From assembly GCA_010093815.1 (NCBI GenBank), contig ML996566.1: a stretch of DNA of 64,000 bases; one strand, given 5' to 3'. Shown in pieces: positions 1 to 12,723 of this stretch (position 1 is the stretch's first letter; each line of letters starts with the position of its first letter). The stretch is from Pseudovirgaria hyperparasitica. Its lineage: Eukaryota. The position numbers and the translations under genes are program-made. The notes under the pieces are model-generated. The model saw nothing but the letters and a program-made list of their open reading frames with translations, had not been told where the DNA came from and searched no databases.

Positions 1-425
1 GCATCGCTGGGGTAACTCCCAACCATCTGAAACCCGCCATCCAAATCCTTCATTAACCGATGACCCACACCCGCCGGCACGACAACTACATCGCCCTTCT
101 GAACGACCGGCTCCACGCGTCCGGGATTGTCCTCGCCACCGAAACACAGCTTCGCTTTGCCATGTACTATGCACAGTACTTCGTGGGTTGTGCTGTGGTA
201 GTGTGTTTGTGAGTACATTGTGTAGCGCCATTGTGGTGCTACAACGGTGATGCGGGTGAGGTGTGCTTCGATGGCGGAGGCGGATGCATTTTGGAAGCAG
301 GAATGGTAAATCAAAACTGGTTTGTGTTGGATGGATGTGTTTGGAATGAGGTTGTGTGCGGGAATCTGGTGGGTTGAGACACGTAGGGAGGTGAGCGGTG
401 TGACGGCGGCTTTGGTGGTGGCCAT
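1..425 (-). CDS. Cupin-domain protein (YjlB-like); 3' end runs off the window
   Basis: Not in the ORF track. Manual translation from ATG 425: MATTKAAVTP...HNLIPNTS...WRYTMYSQTHYHSTTHEVLCIVHGKAKLCFGGEDNP...GDVVVVPAGVGHR. It contains the cupin motifs HxHxxxHE and GDxxxxPAGxxH. Confidence 0.85.
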   Translation of the reverse strand, partial: MATTKAAVTPLTSLRVSTHQIPAHNLIPNTSIQHKPVLIYHSCFQNASASAIEAHLTRITVVAPQWRYTMYSQTHYHSTTHEVLCIVHGKAKLCFGGEDNPGRVEPVVQKGDVVVVPAGVGHRLMKDLDGGFQMVGSYPSD

Positions 426-931
426 GCTGGCGTTCTGCTATAGCCAACGTCCGTAGAGAGGGATTACTGCCGTTGAAAAGATATTTCGCGTTAAGCACTA
501 CACAGACTTATTGTTTTTCACTTTTCGTGCTGTAGAGGTGCTTCCATGAGATCATCTTGTCGATGAACAAGGGTCTCGTGCTCAGATCTTCGTAGATCCG
601 TTGGCATCTCGTTACAACTTCGCCAGCACTTCAAATCGCTCGTACGAATCTTTCAGAACGAATCAAATGAGTGGATAAAGCATGTTGAATATGGGTCATG
701 TGTTAGCTATCGATGAGTTCACTTCATCTCCGGTAAGAAGATTTCTAGCGGAACATATACTCGCCATGAACATGGCGAATATTTCCGCTCGGTATATTTT
801 TTCAGTTTCACTTCCTGCTGATACTCCAATAACTAGTCTGAATGCGCTTTCGACCAAATAGTTCAAATCGACAAGGTCGGACTAAAAACATCACCCACTG
901 AAGCCTCTTGACCATTCATGTCTTAGAGCCG

Positions 932-2071
932 TCAGTCCAAATAACATCCATACTTTACACCAAATGCATACGCCAAAAAAGAATCCGCATTCAACAGCGC
1001 CTGATCACTTGGCAATGCCAGCGAACCGTTCGGTCCGTATGCATAATCACCCGTCGCCGGCTTATATATTTCCTCATTATGGCTCATTTCATGTAGCAAA
1101 ATCCCTGCACGTGAATCATAACCCCGACAAGTATCTGGCATCACAGGATAGTCGTAAAACACGGGACAGAAGAACAAGTTGCCGCCAGGATTTGTTGCAT
1201 ACGCTGCGATGGACGACCTGTTGGTGCAGTAGTTCATACCATAGGGCTCAACGCAGTGCAGATAGGGTGTGGTGCCGATGGTCAAAACGGCTGAGGCCAT
1301 GGCGTCGAAACGTGCGGCTACATGTTCACGGGCGGTTGTGTTGGTCGTTTTGAAGAAGAATTCGAATTGATCGGCTGGGCCTGAGCGTGCTGCGCTCGCA
1401 GCATGACTGGCTAACAGCGATGCTTCTTTTATGGTTATGTTGGTGAATTTGGCGGATTGTTCGGGATCAGAGCAGTCGATCATTGATGCTCTTTCTGACG
1501 ATTGACTTGCGAAGTCGCGAAAACTTTGAGCCGCTCGAGTACCGTTGATTTCGATTGCAAGCTTGTTGCTGCTATACGGAACACTTGCGCCGCTGAGCGA
1601 AGTTGAGTCTGGGGTGCCGAGAAGGAAAAGGCCTTTGGTGAAGACGGTGTAATTGCCTCCAATGCTCAAGTCATGCACTTCTGCTGGATCAATGGTAATC
1701 TCTATAGTCTCCCCGGGATACAGAGAAGTGAAATCGCTCATTCTCAATCTGTCTATCGCTGGATAGAGATGGTAACCGTTGAAGTCGACTTTGACATCTA
1801 GCAATAGTCAGAACTTATATTCGAGACTATCATCGATCGAAACTTTACCACCAGAGAATACCATCAGCTTTTCGACATATCCATCGTCATCGAGAAGATT
1901 ATCAAAACCTAGAAGGCTTAGAGTTTCCGCGCCGTTATTGGCGATAGTCGCCTTAATTCCTGACGCTGCATCTTGACTCAATGAGACATCCACCGGCTGG
2001 TAGATTGAGCTAATGGTGGATATGGTCATAACTCCTTAGGAAGATACTTCAAAGCAAAGAAGGCTTTTCAT
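932..2071 (-). CDS. Deuterolysin / neutral protease 2 (peptidase M35, aspzincin) with prodomain; 5' end possibly damaged
   Basis: Motifs HEMSH, ATGDYAYG and LNADSF plus a Cys pattern typical of M35. The prodomain exon (1808-2029 ORF) joins through an intron at ~1797-1848 (GTAAAG...CTGAC...TAG). An upstream in-frame ATG at 2071 is followed by TAA at 2036-2038. Confidence 0.85.
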
Positions 2072-2546
2072 TGCATATATGTTATGGAATCACGACGAGG
2101 TTGGGCGTCTCGTTGGGGAGGGCTGGGGATATAACCAACCTTCGAAGAATATCATTCTACAGCCACTTCAGACTACTGTCTTACCTCTGAAACTCGAATT
2201 ACATGGTACCTGAGTAGATATAGTTGATGATGGCTTTGCTTCCTATGGCTATTCACTTCTTGATCGAAATGTGCATACACGGGGTTGTGAGTTTAGTGCC
2301 CACGATTTTCAAACATCGGTAAAGTAGCTCTTAGTCCCACAGTACATATCACTACTGAACAATTAATAAAATTAAAACAGTGGAGTATCCTGTTAAACAC
2401 CAACAAAAGCACTCTGAAGAGCGGGAACAGCGTTCTTTACTAAGATGTGAATGGTACTGAAAATTGGAGAACGACCCCTTTCTTCGCAGATATTCTTCGA
2501 GGCCACCGTCCCCTAGACACTACTCACACCATCGACTCTCCGCCCC

Positions 2547-3371
2547 TTACTCTTCCTTACTAGCAATTTCAATAAGGATATCCACTAACTCATCCGGAGC
2601 GCTAGCATTGGGGCAATGTCCAGTCTCAATCTCGTACAAGTCAGGTTTGGTCCCCGTCCTATCGGCAATCTTCTGGTAGTACGTCGAACTCAACTCGGGA
2701 ACGACGATCATATCCTTCGTGCATCTCAGATAAGACACTGGCGCGTGATCATAACCCAAGGAAGATACTGCGCCTTGATAAGAGATATCAGAGTGCGGTT
2801 GCATACCTTGAGCCCATTCAAGAGCTTTGGTGAACGCAAGTGGGTTGTATGTGTTTCTTGCGCTGGCTGCCGGGTCAATGTTTATGAGGCGATCGTCCTA
2901 GATAATAGGTGAGTGTGTTAACGTCGTATACTTTCATCGAGGGTGATGTACCACGAGTTTCAGGAAGGCCGGCAATTGTGTCCCAAACAAGCCACGCACA
3001 CTCTCTCCTAGGCCTGGGATAATGGCATTCACATATACTAGCCTCTTAACGCCACCCGATTTCCCGTCACTCTTTCGCTCCTTGGCGCTAACACCTTTGA
3101 CGCTTTGCGTTCCCGGGACACCACCGTAAGAATGCATCACCAAGATAGTATGCTTGCCTTCATTAGCAAGAGCCTGAGTGACACTACTGATAGCGGCCGC
3201 ATCGTCGAACATTGTGGCTGCCGGCCCGGGACGAAAACCAACAGAAGGCGTGGCAACGATTGTTGCATCGAAATGTCGAGCGCGCAGAAGGTCGACGACG
3301 TGCTGATACTGAGCCACGGGAGATAGGGCTCCAGGGACAAAGACAAAGGTAGGGTGACTCGAATTCCCCAT
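2547..3371 (-). CDS. Alpha/beta hydrolase (Abhydrolase_6, methylesterase-like)
   Basis: FVFVPGA oxyanion region, HSYGG nucleophile elbow, acid in CTKD and His in GHCP. One intron at ~2899-2950 joins the two ORFs in frame. An alternative ATG at 3449 adds a signal-like leader. Confidence 0.85.
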
Positions 3372-3954
3372 GGCGAAACTGGATCGTGCTAACGTTGGAG
3401 AGAAGAAGTGAAGCAAAAACAAGTTTAATATCAAAAGTTGTCTACTCATGATATTGTAATAGTACTTCATTGAGGTTATGTGAAGGGATGGCTTTCACCA
3501 CCAAACCATTTATATAAGTTGTCTCTAGTCTGATAGTTTTTAAGATATGGTGCTGGCTGATTATGAATCTGGTGTTAAACATTGACTCAATTGGTATCGG
3601 CCAGAGCATCAGAATTTAGCGTGGACGTCAGAATTTAGGGCTCCACAGCCCGCGCTATTAGTGGATTCGGGTAGATGAACCCAGGAAGACTTGAGTTTTC
3701 CTGATAGAGGTATGATCGACGAGCTAGTTTGATCTCGAAAATACCAGGTTCCTTGCCGTGGAGAAGTCGTTACGCAGCGTACCAAGTATAGCTTCTTGAA
3801 GTTCTCTCCGCAGCATGCTACCATAATCCGATCAGAGGTAGTGTCTTCAGACATGGAATCAGGATTGATTGCCACCGGTATTGCCATTCAAGACAAGGTC
3901 CAAATAAATTCTAGAACTCAAATGAGATATCCGTGCTTGTATCTTTGCCAAGTT

Positions 3955-6101
3955 TCAGCCCGGGGGTGAGGCAATACCACCCTGATAAGCTGACGCAAAA
4001 TCCATAGACGAGATCTGGCTGGTTATTTGGGCAATTTCTCGGTTGAGATCCTCAATATTCTGTCCAAGAGCAGCAGCCTCGTCAAATCGACGATGCTTCT
4101 TAACATCAGCAAGCATTTCCTGTACAAAGAACTTCTGCTCCTCGAGAACAATCAGCCGCTCTCGAAGATCTTTCTCCTCTGCTTCCATTGCGGACACACT
4201 GCTTCCACTAATGACGCTGCTTGATTCAGTCTCATTGAACATTATCGCTGCTAAGGCACCGTTAGGAGGTCTGTTGAGTGACCGATTGTCTATGCTTTGG
4301 GTATGATTATTCTTCAGAAGTTTGGGCAACGATTTGAGCGACAACATATGAAGGCTAAGGAAGTTGTATGCTTGCTGATATACAGCTCTCTGGAGACGTT
4401 GTTGCGTCGAGGAATTGCTGGGAAGATCTCGTATACGTTTTGCGGCAGTGTCGTATTGTGTAAACGCTAGAGTCAGCCTTTTCCGTACCTTGGCAGCTTC
4501 TTGAAGCTGATCAAGAGTGGGCTGCTTAGAATTGTCTTGGAGCATGAGTAATAGTTTCTGAAATCGGGGCAGAAGGAGTCGAATGCCTCTCTCGAACTGC
4601 TGGAGATTCTCAAAAGCGCGTTGATCTGCAGGCTTCTTGGTAAGGTCTCGTGCGTAGTCGCTTCTGCTGAAAAGTGTATGTTTGCAATCTTGACACATCC
4701 GCACATCAACGCCGACTGGAACACCCGGCTTCTCTGATGCTGCATTGGCTATTTGAAACGTCAGCAAAGGGATCCCTGGTCTGTTTGCTCGATACTTACA
4801 CGCATGGATGTTTAGACCTATTTCAGACGAACAGGCCGTTTGAGCATCTCCGCAAACAACCTTGCCACAAAGTCTGCAATGGTGGCGCCTGAAGGTATAA
4901 TTGGTGAACTCTTGCTGACAATATGGACACCTTGACACGGTTGAATCATCCTGCCATTCGATGATGGACTGCTCTAGAGCACGCTTCTGCTGTGCTTTCG
5001 CATTTGTCAAGGCTGCCAAAGACCCCAATGACCATCTGTTATTTGCCGGAGTTAGATGTTCCGGCGAGGGAGGATTAGCGAGTAATTGAGTCAACTTCGT
5101 CAAGCGCTTTTCAAGTCGACTAGTCTCCAATGTTGATCGATTGATGTTTCGCTGTCTAATCCTCCTAAAGACATCGGTGTGGTCTCTTTCGAGGCCATGG
5201 TGATCATTGTAGCCCTCGCGAGAAACATAGCAAGTTTCGCAACAACGACACCACACTCCTCGTACGGGCTCATGCTGTGCTGATCTGCTAAGCCGTATCT
5301 GAAACATTGTGTGCTCTTCGCAGTACAATAGACCGCACTTCCGGCAGTTGACCCTGCCATTCATGTTGCCCAGTCTCTTTTCACAACTGGGTTCTGAACA
5401 GGAATCATCGTAGCCCGGTCTCTGCCAGTGCGATTTGGTGATGAATTCTTCCGGATCAGGGGGTATAACTGGATCCGGTGTGGGAGTGTGGCTTGACGTA
5501 TGACTTGATTGAGATGGAGGTGTAGGGTTCGTATTCGATTCGAAGACGTCGAGGCCTTTGAGCTTCTGATTCAGTACCGCGAGAGGCTGAAACTTCTTTG
5601 CTTTGACCATCTGGGTCTTGAACCATGTTTTGACCTCGTCTTGTTCCACCTCTTCCAGAGCTTGATGTTCCGCGTCGAGATGCCTGCCTCATGTTAGGGA
5701 AGAAAGAATGATCCGAACCTAGGAAAGGTCGCACCTGTTTAATTGAAGCAGAGTAACCTGTTGAGAGAATTAGTACACATTCTTCATTCTATTGGTTTCC
5801 TCCGAATTTGACACACCATGTCCTCATTGCATATGGGACAAACGAGCCTGGAGCTTGCAGCCGCGGCTGCAGCATGATTTGGGTTCTCGAGGGACACATT
5901 TGAAGTAATATCTTGTGCAAAGGTTGGAGTTGGAGATATGGACGTCTGGGAGCTTAGGGATAGAGAGCTCTCTGAAGGCGAAAGCAGGCTCGCGTTGCGT
6001 TTGTGGTGATTTGGAGGGATGGGAGACACAGCTGGTGATAGGGACTTGCCGCTTCCCAGTATACGGCCTCCGCCCAACGCCCTGGTTGGGCGGCTCGACA
6101 T
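3955..6101 (-). CDS. PEP7: Vacuolar segregation protein Pep7/Vac1 (rabenosyn-5 homolog)
   Basis: C2H2 start (CPICNEDM), two FYVE-type fingers (NCRKCG...C; WQDD...CPYC...RRHHCRLCGKVVC) and a C-terminal Rab-binding coiled coil. Introns near 5690-5815 and an in-frame intron at ~4750-4800. Confidence 0.93.
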
Positions 6102-6671
6102 AGCGTATGAGTCCGATCAGAGAACCGCAGCGTCAGAAGCTGCGGTCAGTGGTTGAAGAATAACGGCATCTCAGCAAACGTCCAGCTTCTCTGAGGTCAC
6201 TTCACGTAGTCGTACAGTTGGTATGAAGCCTGAAGGCCTGGTTAGGTATACCCATTCACACGGCAGACGTAAGCGTAGACCAGACCTCCACCCACTCGTG
6301 AACGCCCCACAGCGTAAGATTGACTACTAGTCCCACGAGGCACAAGTCCCAAAATGCAGTGCTGTATTAACTATTATCCGTCACTTATGCAGTTAAGGAA
6401 CATGTCCGTCGCTACCTACGATAAAACATCTATCTATGCAATTTTGTTCGAGCTCAACTATATTTGTGGTTTATGATTACACCGTGCAAGACGAAGAGTC
6501 TCTTTAATTGCCCGCAACCGGTTCGTTCTGGCCACTCCCTAGCCACTCCCGCCTATAGTGTGGCGCTGATCGTCATGCCTTTCACCAGGTTCCACTGCAA
6601 TGTCTGGTATTCCCGCATGCGATGCTTCCTTCAACCATATCTCCATGCAAGCTCATTCTCGTTGAGCTTTC

Positions 6672-7486
6672 ATGATGGGCGCAAAATATCCGCCCATTCA
6701 GGGCGGTGGGTCACTCATATTGGCATGGCAGATTAAAGGAAGACGAGTTCTCATCGTGGGAGGCGGAGAGGTAGGCCAGTGTCATGGGCTTCAGTGATAG
6801 GATCGTCGGGTGCTGATGTAACATCACAGGTCGCAGCAGGACGCATAGTCAATGTATTGAATGCTGACGCTAAAGTGATCGTCGTGGCTCCATTCGATGG
6901 CCTCAATGACGAAGTCGCATATCGTGTCGCGCAAGGCCAGGTCGAGCACGTCAATCGCAAATTCGAGCCATCTGATCTTGATAACATAGACATGGTACTG
7001 ACTGCTGTCGATGATCCGGAGGCCTCATCCCAGATATACAGGCTTTGTAAAGAGAGACGGATCGCTGCGAACATCGCCGATGTGCCTCCTGAATGCGATT
7101 TCTATTTTGGAAGTGTTCACCGGGATGGCCCCCTTCAAATAATGGTCAGCACCAACGGCAATGGCCCACGACTAGCGAATATAGTCAGAAGACAGATTGC
7201 GAAGAATTTACCAGACAACATCGGCGCCGCAATCACAAAAGTTGGCCAACTTAGGAGGAAATTGAGAAAGATCGCCCCGGAGGAGGAGGAAGGCCCGAAA
7301 CGAATGAAGTGGATGTCGAAAGTATGCGACTCGTGGAGCCTCGAAGATCTTGTCGATATGGAAGAGAAAGACATGGAGGCATTGCTTGGATATTACCATC
7401 CGAATGCAGTGCCAAGTCTCGATAATCTGCGACTCGGCGAAGAACCTGGGATCTACCAATTCGATGGGTCTTTCGGATGGATGTAA
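6672..7486 (+). CDS. MET8: Siroheme biosynthesis protein Met8 (precorrin-2 dehydrogenase / sirohydrochlorin ferrochelatase)
   Basis: Exon 1 MMGAKYPPIQGGGSLILAWQIKGRRVLIVGGGE, intron ~6771-6829, then VAAGR...ANIADVPPECDFYF...QIMVSTNGNGPRLA. Confidence 0.93.
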
Positions 7487-7869
7487 GCGCTATGAAATAT
7501 GTTGTCTCTAAACACTAGTCATTGGAAGCAATCTGCTGCAAATTGCTGTGTGTTCTACTGCGTATGGACGTTTACCAAGAGTGGTAGTATACCAATGCTA
7601 CAAAATCAGTCTTGTAGTCGGGTACCCTGAGTCCGGCCATAATACTGCGTACGACAATGCCCACGTGCGAACATCACTTTCACCGACCGCTGGTTCACTT
7701 AGAACATGTTATGGCGTCATACCCCTGCGATTTTCCCTGAACGTCCCGCCGTAGCCTGAGAACCGTTTCCGCAACCCATTCCCACTCGGTTTGTTTTTAC
7801 CACCTAGCTCTGCCATCCTTCAACCAAGCTCTTAACAACCTTCATCACATGATCAACCGGACTTGAACG

Positions 7870-9670
7870 ATGGCATCCAGCGAAGCTTCAGACAACATTC
7901 ACCTAGTCGTAACGGCGCCTAACAAAACACGTACGGAGAAATTGGCATCCGAGGACTTGCCTCTAGATCAGACTATCATGGATACTACGGAGCCACTTAC
8001 GGAGACGATGGCATCCGAAGTGCCGTCTATGGAAAGTTTAGCATTCAATACATCACAAATGGACATAGATCCGCGATACATATACACAAACGATTTCGAA
8101 GCCCTAGCAAAGGCTGATGGCGAGTTCGAAGAGATGATGAGCGCAAATGAGAGACGACGAATTGACTTCACCAATCCTGTTCAAGTAGGGTACGCTAGAT
8201 GCGGTCGAAAACCTCCTATCTCATTCATCGCAACTGCTTATACTGCTAGTTAAGACAAGTCACCAGGAGCCTATTAAAGGCAGATTTCAAGCTGGAACTA
8301 GATCTTCCTCCTGATCGCTTGTGCCCTCCGGTAAGTCCACGCTCACATCCCAATCATACACTGTTGCTAACGAATCTCTGCCCAGGTTATGGTTCGGTAT
8401 GTTTTCGCATATGTCGCCTTGCATGACTCTGCCCTGGCTGTCTTTCGGATAGAGCTTGCTAACTTTCCTTCTTGGAGCTACGAGTACGTGCGTTGGATCC
8501 AGCAGCTGTTAGACTCGACCGATCAATCTCTCTCTGGCGTATACGACCGGTCACGGCCCGTGAAAGGCCTAGACATGTGAGTACCGTGTCTTCAAGGGCA
8601 TATCACGGCTTTCTTGCCACATCTTTCTAACTGTCTTTTTGCTTAGTGGGGTCGGAGCAAGTAACATATACTCTCTTCTGGCCTTGCGAAGTCGGCCTTC
8701 ATGGTATATGTACGGGACCGACATTGATGAAACCAGCTTGGAGTGGGCGAAGAAGAATACGGAGATTAATAGTCTCACACCCAAGACGCGTCTGATACTC
8801 ACAAAGCGAGCGGATGCCTTGATTCCACTTCGTGACTTAGGTACTCTCAGCCTCGACTTTGTCATGTGCAACCCTCCGTTCTTTGATAGCTTCGAACAAC
8901 GGGAAGAGTCTGCGAGCGGCGAATACAAAGATAGTGCGTCTAAGAGTGCTTGTTCCGGATCGGACTGCGAGATGATCACCCCAGGCGGCGACTTCGGTTT
9001 CGTTTGTGACATACTAGAGCTCAGCCTGAAGCTCCGAACCAAAGTACAATGGTACTCAAGTATGTTTGGCTTCAGAGAGAGTATGGAAAAAGTAGCCGCC
9101 AAACTCAAGCCGCTCGGCATAACAAACTACGCCGTAGCTACTTTGCGAACGACCGGCAAGACCAGACGCTGGTGCCTCGCCTGGAGCTTCCACGACCTGC
9201 GTCCTGCAGATGTAAGTGTTACCGATCGAAGTCTATCATTTTGAGTAAGTACTAATTAAGCCCAGGACGTTGTGCGGCACGAAATTGACGCCTTCCCACA
9301 CATCCCCTTTCCAACGGCCTTCAAGATTCGCATTGAAGACAACAGGATCCACACGACGAAGACCAAGGTCTCCGTCATGATGACGGAGCTAGATGTCCAA
9401 TGGACATGGAAGACGTTCGTGCCTGTGACAGGCGTCGGCCTGTCACACGGCAACGTGTGGTCGCGGTTCTACCGCAGGGAGAAGAAGCGTCGTGCTGCTG
9501 CTGGGATCAGCACCACCCCGGTTCCGTCCTCCCCAGAGGAGGCGGAATTTGCCTTCAAGATCACCGTCGAGAGGGACGGGGTGGTGGTGGCCTGGCTGAA
9601 GGGCAATGACCAGACGCTCTACGAGAGTTTCTGTGGTGTGATCAAGCGTGGACTCGTCGAGCAGAGATAG
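7870..9670 (+). CDS. METTL16/RlmF-family (DUF890) RNA m6A methyltransferase, multi-exon
   Basis: Spliced product has RIDFTNP...LLKADF...DRLCPP, SAM motif GLDIGVGAS, GTDID, catalytic FVMCNPPFF, WYSSMFG and TRRWCLAWSF. About five introns. Confidence 0.88.
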
Positions 9671-10810
9671 AAATATACCAATACTGCGTGGCTTCACTGT
9701 CGCGATATGTTCCACATAAATGCCCTTGGCGCCGTTACCACTGCATGAACGACGTGATATATGGGCTATCCAACGGAGCTTTCGGCCGTTCTACTCCACA
9801 GTCGCTTGAGTGATAGCGTTATCAGACTTGTACAAAGCTTTAATTCGAACCAATCAAATCGAGAGAGCCTGCTATTGCAGCATTCGGTCAGTCAATATCG
9901 CTAATAACCAACTTTATCTATTTAGCAAATCGACTTAGCGATTCTGGGTGTGGTTAGTTCCGGATTCTGTGGTATGTTGCTATTATTACTATGTATACTG
10001 TGTCTAGAACTGAATTTTGCCACCGAGTGGATCACGGCTGTACTTCCTCTGAAGCACCGAATGTACAGCATACAACATATTGGCAGAACACACCACAACC
10101 GCGATAGCCACGTCGGAGTCACTGTTCAAGTATCAGATCAATTTCGACGCAATGGTGTGGTGTTCAACTTCAGCGTCTGATACACCATGCTGATCGCCCA
10201 AGCCGCCATCCTCATGCGTGGCCGCAGGAGCCACTTTTCGGCACCGGCAGCTAAGCAAGAAGCCATAATAACCACTCCTGTTTCATGACGATTCGCGGCA
10301 CATCGCGTCACCCATTCACGCCACTGCAGGATGTCACTCCTTTTAGAAGCACGACCAAGATCAGCAACCTCGCTGCCGCTCCACATGTTACCATCATAAA
10401 GCCCCCAGAAGCAATTTAGACATGGCTATTTTAGGGCCCACGAATATTATTCCGCACACCGAAATCGTTTTTGCGTCAGGCTGGACAAGACGACGCGCAT
10501 AAGCGTTGCCTGGGGTATTAGTAGAATAGATCCATGAACAACAGCAAGCCAAGGCGCGCGAAACACTCCGCATGATGCCTGTGCCTGCAATCCATCCTCC
10601 ATGTCCAGGTACCCGCACGATGGCGCAAAGGCTAAAGCGCGATGTACAAACTGGAAACGGGACAAGGCTGCGGTTGGGACTTGGAGCAGACGTGCACGAT
10701 GCGCGGGCCTCTTTTCTCTGGCTGCCAGGTGGTATATTCACGCTCGAGGTCGTGCAACTTGTGGACCTGCCCTGACTCCCACGTTCTGATCCTACGTCCT
10801 ACCTACGACC

Positions 10811-12723
10811 ATGGCTGGTACGTTTGAGTATTCGAACTTCAGTTTGGTTGTGCCAGAGGAGCCTGGAGTTCCAAATGTGCTGGCACTGCTGCCGCCGTGT
10901 GCTGTGAGTATCTGGATTGCGCTTTTGTCTGGCGGTTTACTGACCATGCTGGCATGCAGCGTACATGTAGCTTGGCTCAGCTCGAACTTTTCCGTTGTTT
11001 GGGCACGGATTGGGAATGTATCTGTTACCAAAATGCCAAAGACGATCTCTTCATGCACTTCAACTATTGCTTCGATGGGTCCTGCCCAATTCAGGACGTC
11101 TATGGTAACATTCTTCTCTTCGTGAGACTCCATTACACTGCTGACGTCTTCCAGCCGGAAATCGAGTCTTGTATGGCTCGTGTGGCATCGAGGTTCCTCC
11201 CAGCTCGGGACAGCTGTTGGTAGTGAGTGCTGTTCTTGGATCTATCGCTGTCCTCGCATTATTGTTGCGCTTCATGAGTCGGATGCGAGTGTTTGGGATC
11301 CGATGGGGCATAGATGACTGGATCAGTCTCCTTGTCTTGGTGAGTGCGCCAGACAAGCTTATTGCCATTTGTCTAATGCGAATGATCACTCAGCCCCTCG
11401 CTATACTTTTCATTATTCTTCAATTCGTCCGTGAGTCAGAGCTTTGGGGCTTCACTAGACAAATGCTTACTGTACGCAGTCGTCCACTACGGGCTCGGGA
11501 AAGATATCTGGACGCTTGACAACAAAACCATTATAGAAGTAGGAAAGGTAGGCCGGATAGGAGCATTCCTGCACACTCAATCTCTGATATCTTACAGTAT
11601 TTTCTTATCGATGAGCTTGCGTATCTGACCCTCACGATCGCTACGAAAATCAGCATTCTGTGCTTCTATCTCCGCATTTTCCATTCCAGGAATGTCCGAA
11701 TCGCGATTTTTGGCTTGATTGGGCTGTTAGTAGCTACTCTCATTGGATTCTTTTTCAGTTTTCTCTTCCAATGTCGCCCTGTGCAGGACGCATGGGAACT
11801 TTACGGAAGTACCGATCCTAAAGTCGTCGCACACTGTGACGTTGACGCCTGGGTAAGTTCGACATGACAATGAGGGCACCGAGTAGAGCTGATGCTAACC
11901 ATCTAATAGGCAGTCATCATGGCCTTTGGCTTTTGCAATGTTGTCCTAGACCTTGTCATTATGGTAAGTCCCAATACATGTTATAGAACTCTCAGCTCAT
12001 TTTTCTTAGGCGTTCCCGGTTCCAATCCTGGTAGGTGTTTGAATACTCTGACGACCGCTCGTTGCTTACTTGACGAAAGGTTAAACTTAAAATGGGCAAG
12101 CGGAAGAAGGCAAGAGTGATTGCCTTGTCATCTGTAGGAGTATGGTAATACTTCTCCTGTACCCTTAGATACTTCCATCCATGCTTACGAGGTCTAGCAT
12201 CACGATTATAGCGATTATTCGGCTCGTGTACTCCTTATCGCCTAAGAATGGAGCGCAAGTAAACTTTACGCGTAAGGCTCCGACTCCGGCCACAGTTTTT
12301 GTGAAGTGAACACAAACTAATGCAATCGCAGGAGCGTATACCAATATATGTTTTTGGTCAGTAGTTGAGGTCAACGCCAGCATAATCTGCGCTTGTTTGC
12401 CGCAAATCGACATTCTATGCCGAAAGGCTCTGGGTTACTATCGGAAATGCCCTCCTACAACGACGGACACAGACTACGAAATGAAATGCTTCGCCTCCAC
12501 GAATATCACACTGAATCGACTTTCGCATGCGACACATCCTGATTCTATCTCGTTTAGTAGACATGACGTTCAACTGCTTGAGAAGCATGACTCTTGGTCT
12601 GTTTCGAGGTCACCAGTCCTGTCAATAGCGAGTCCCAGCAGTTCTCACGTAAAAGCTCCCTCAGGGTTGACTTGTATCGAATGCAAGGCTCGACTGTTAG
12701 AAGGGCGGCGAGATGACGTATAG
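10811..12723 (+). CDS. CFEM-domain Pth11-like GPCR (fungal rhodopsin-domain integral membrane protein)
   Basis: Spliced 8-Cys CFEM (PPCARTC...C..TDWECIC...C....C...C), followed by WGIDDW, HYGLGKDIW, KISILCFYLRIF, FQCRP and WSVVEVNASIICACLP. Many short introns; the start is uncertain. Confidence 0.85.
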
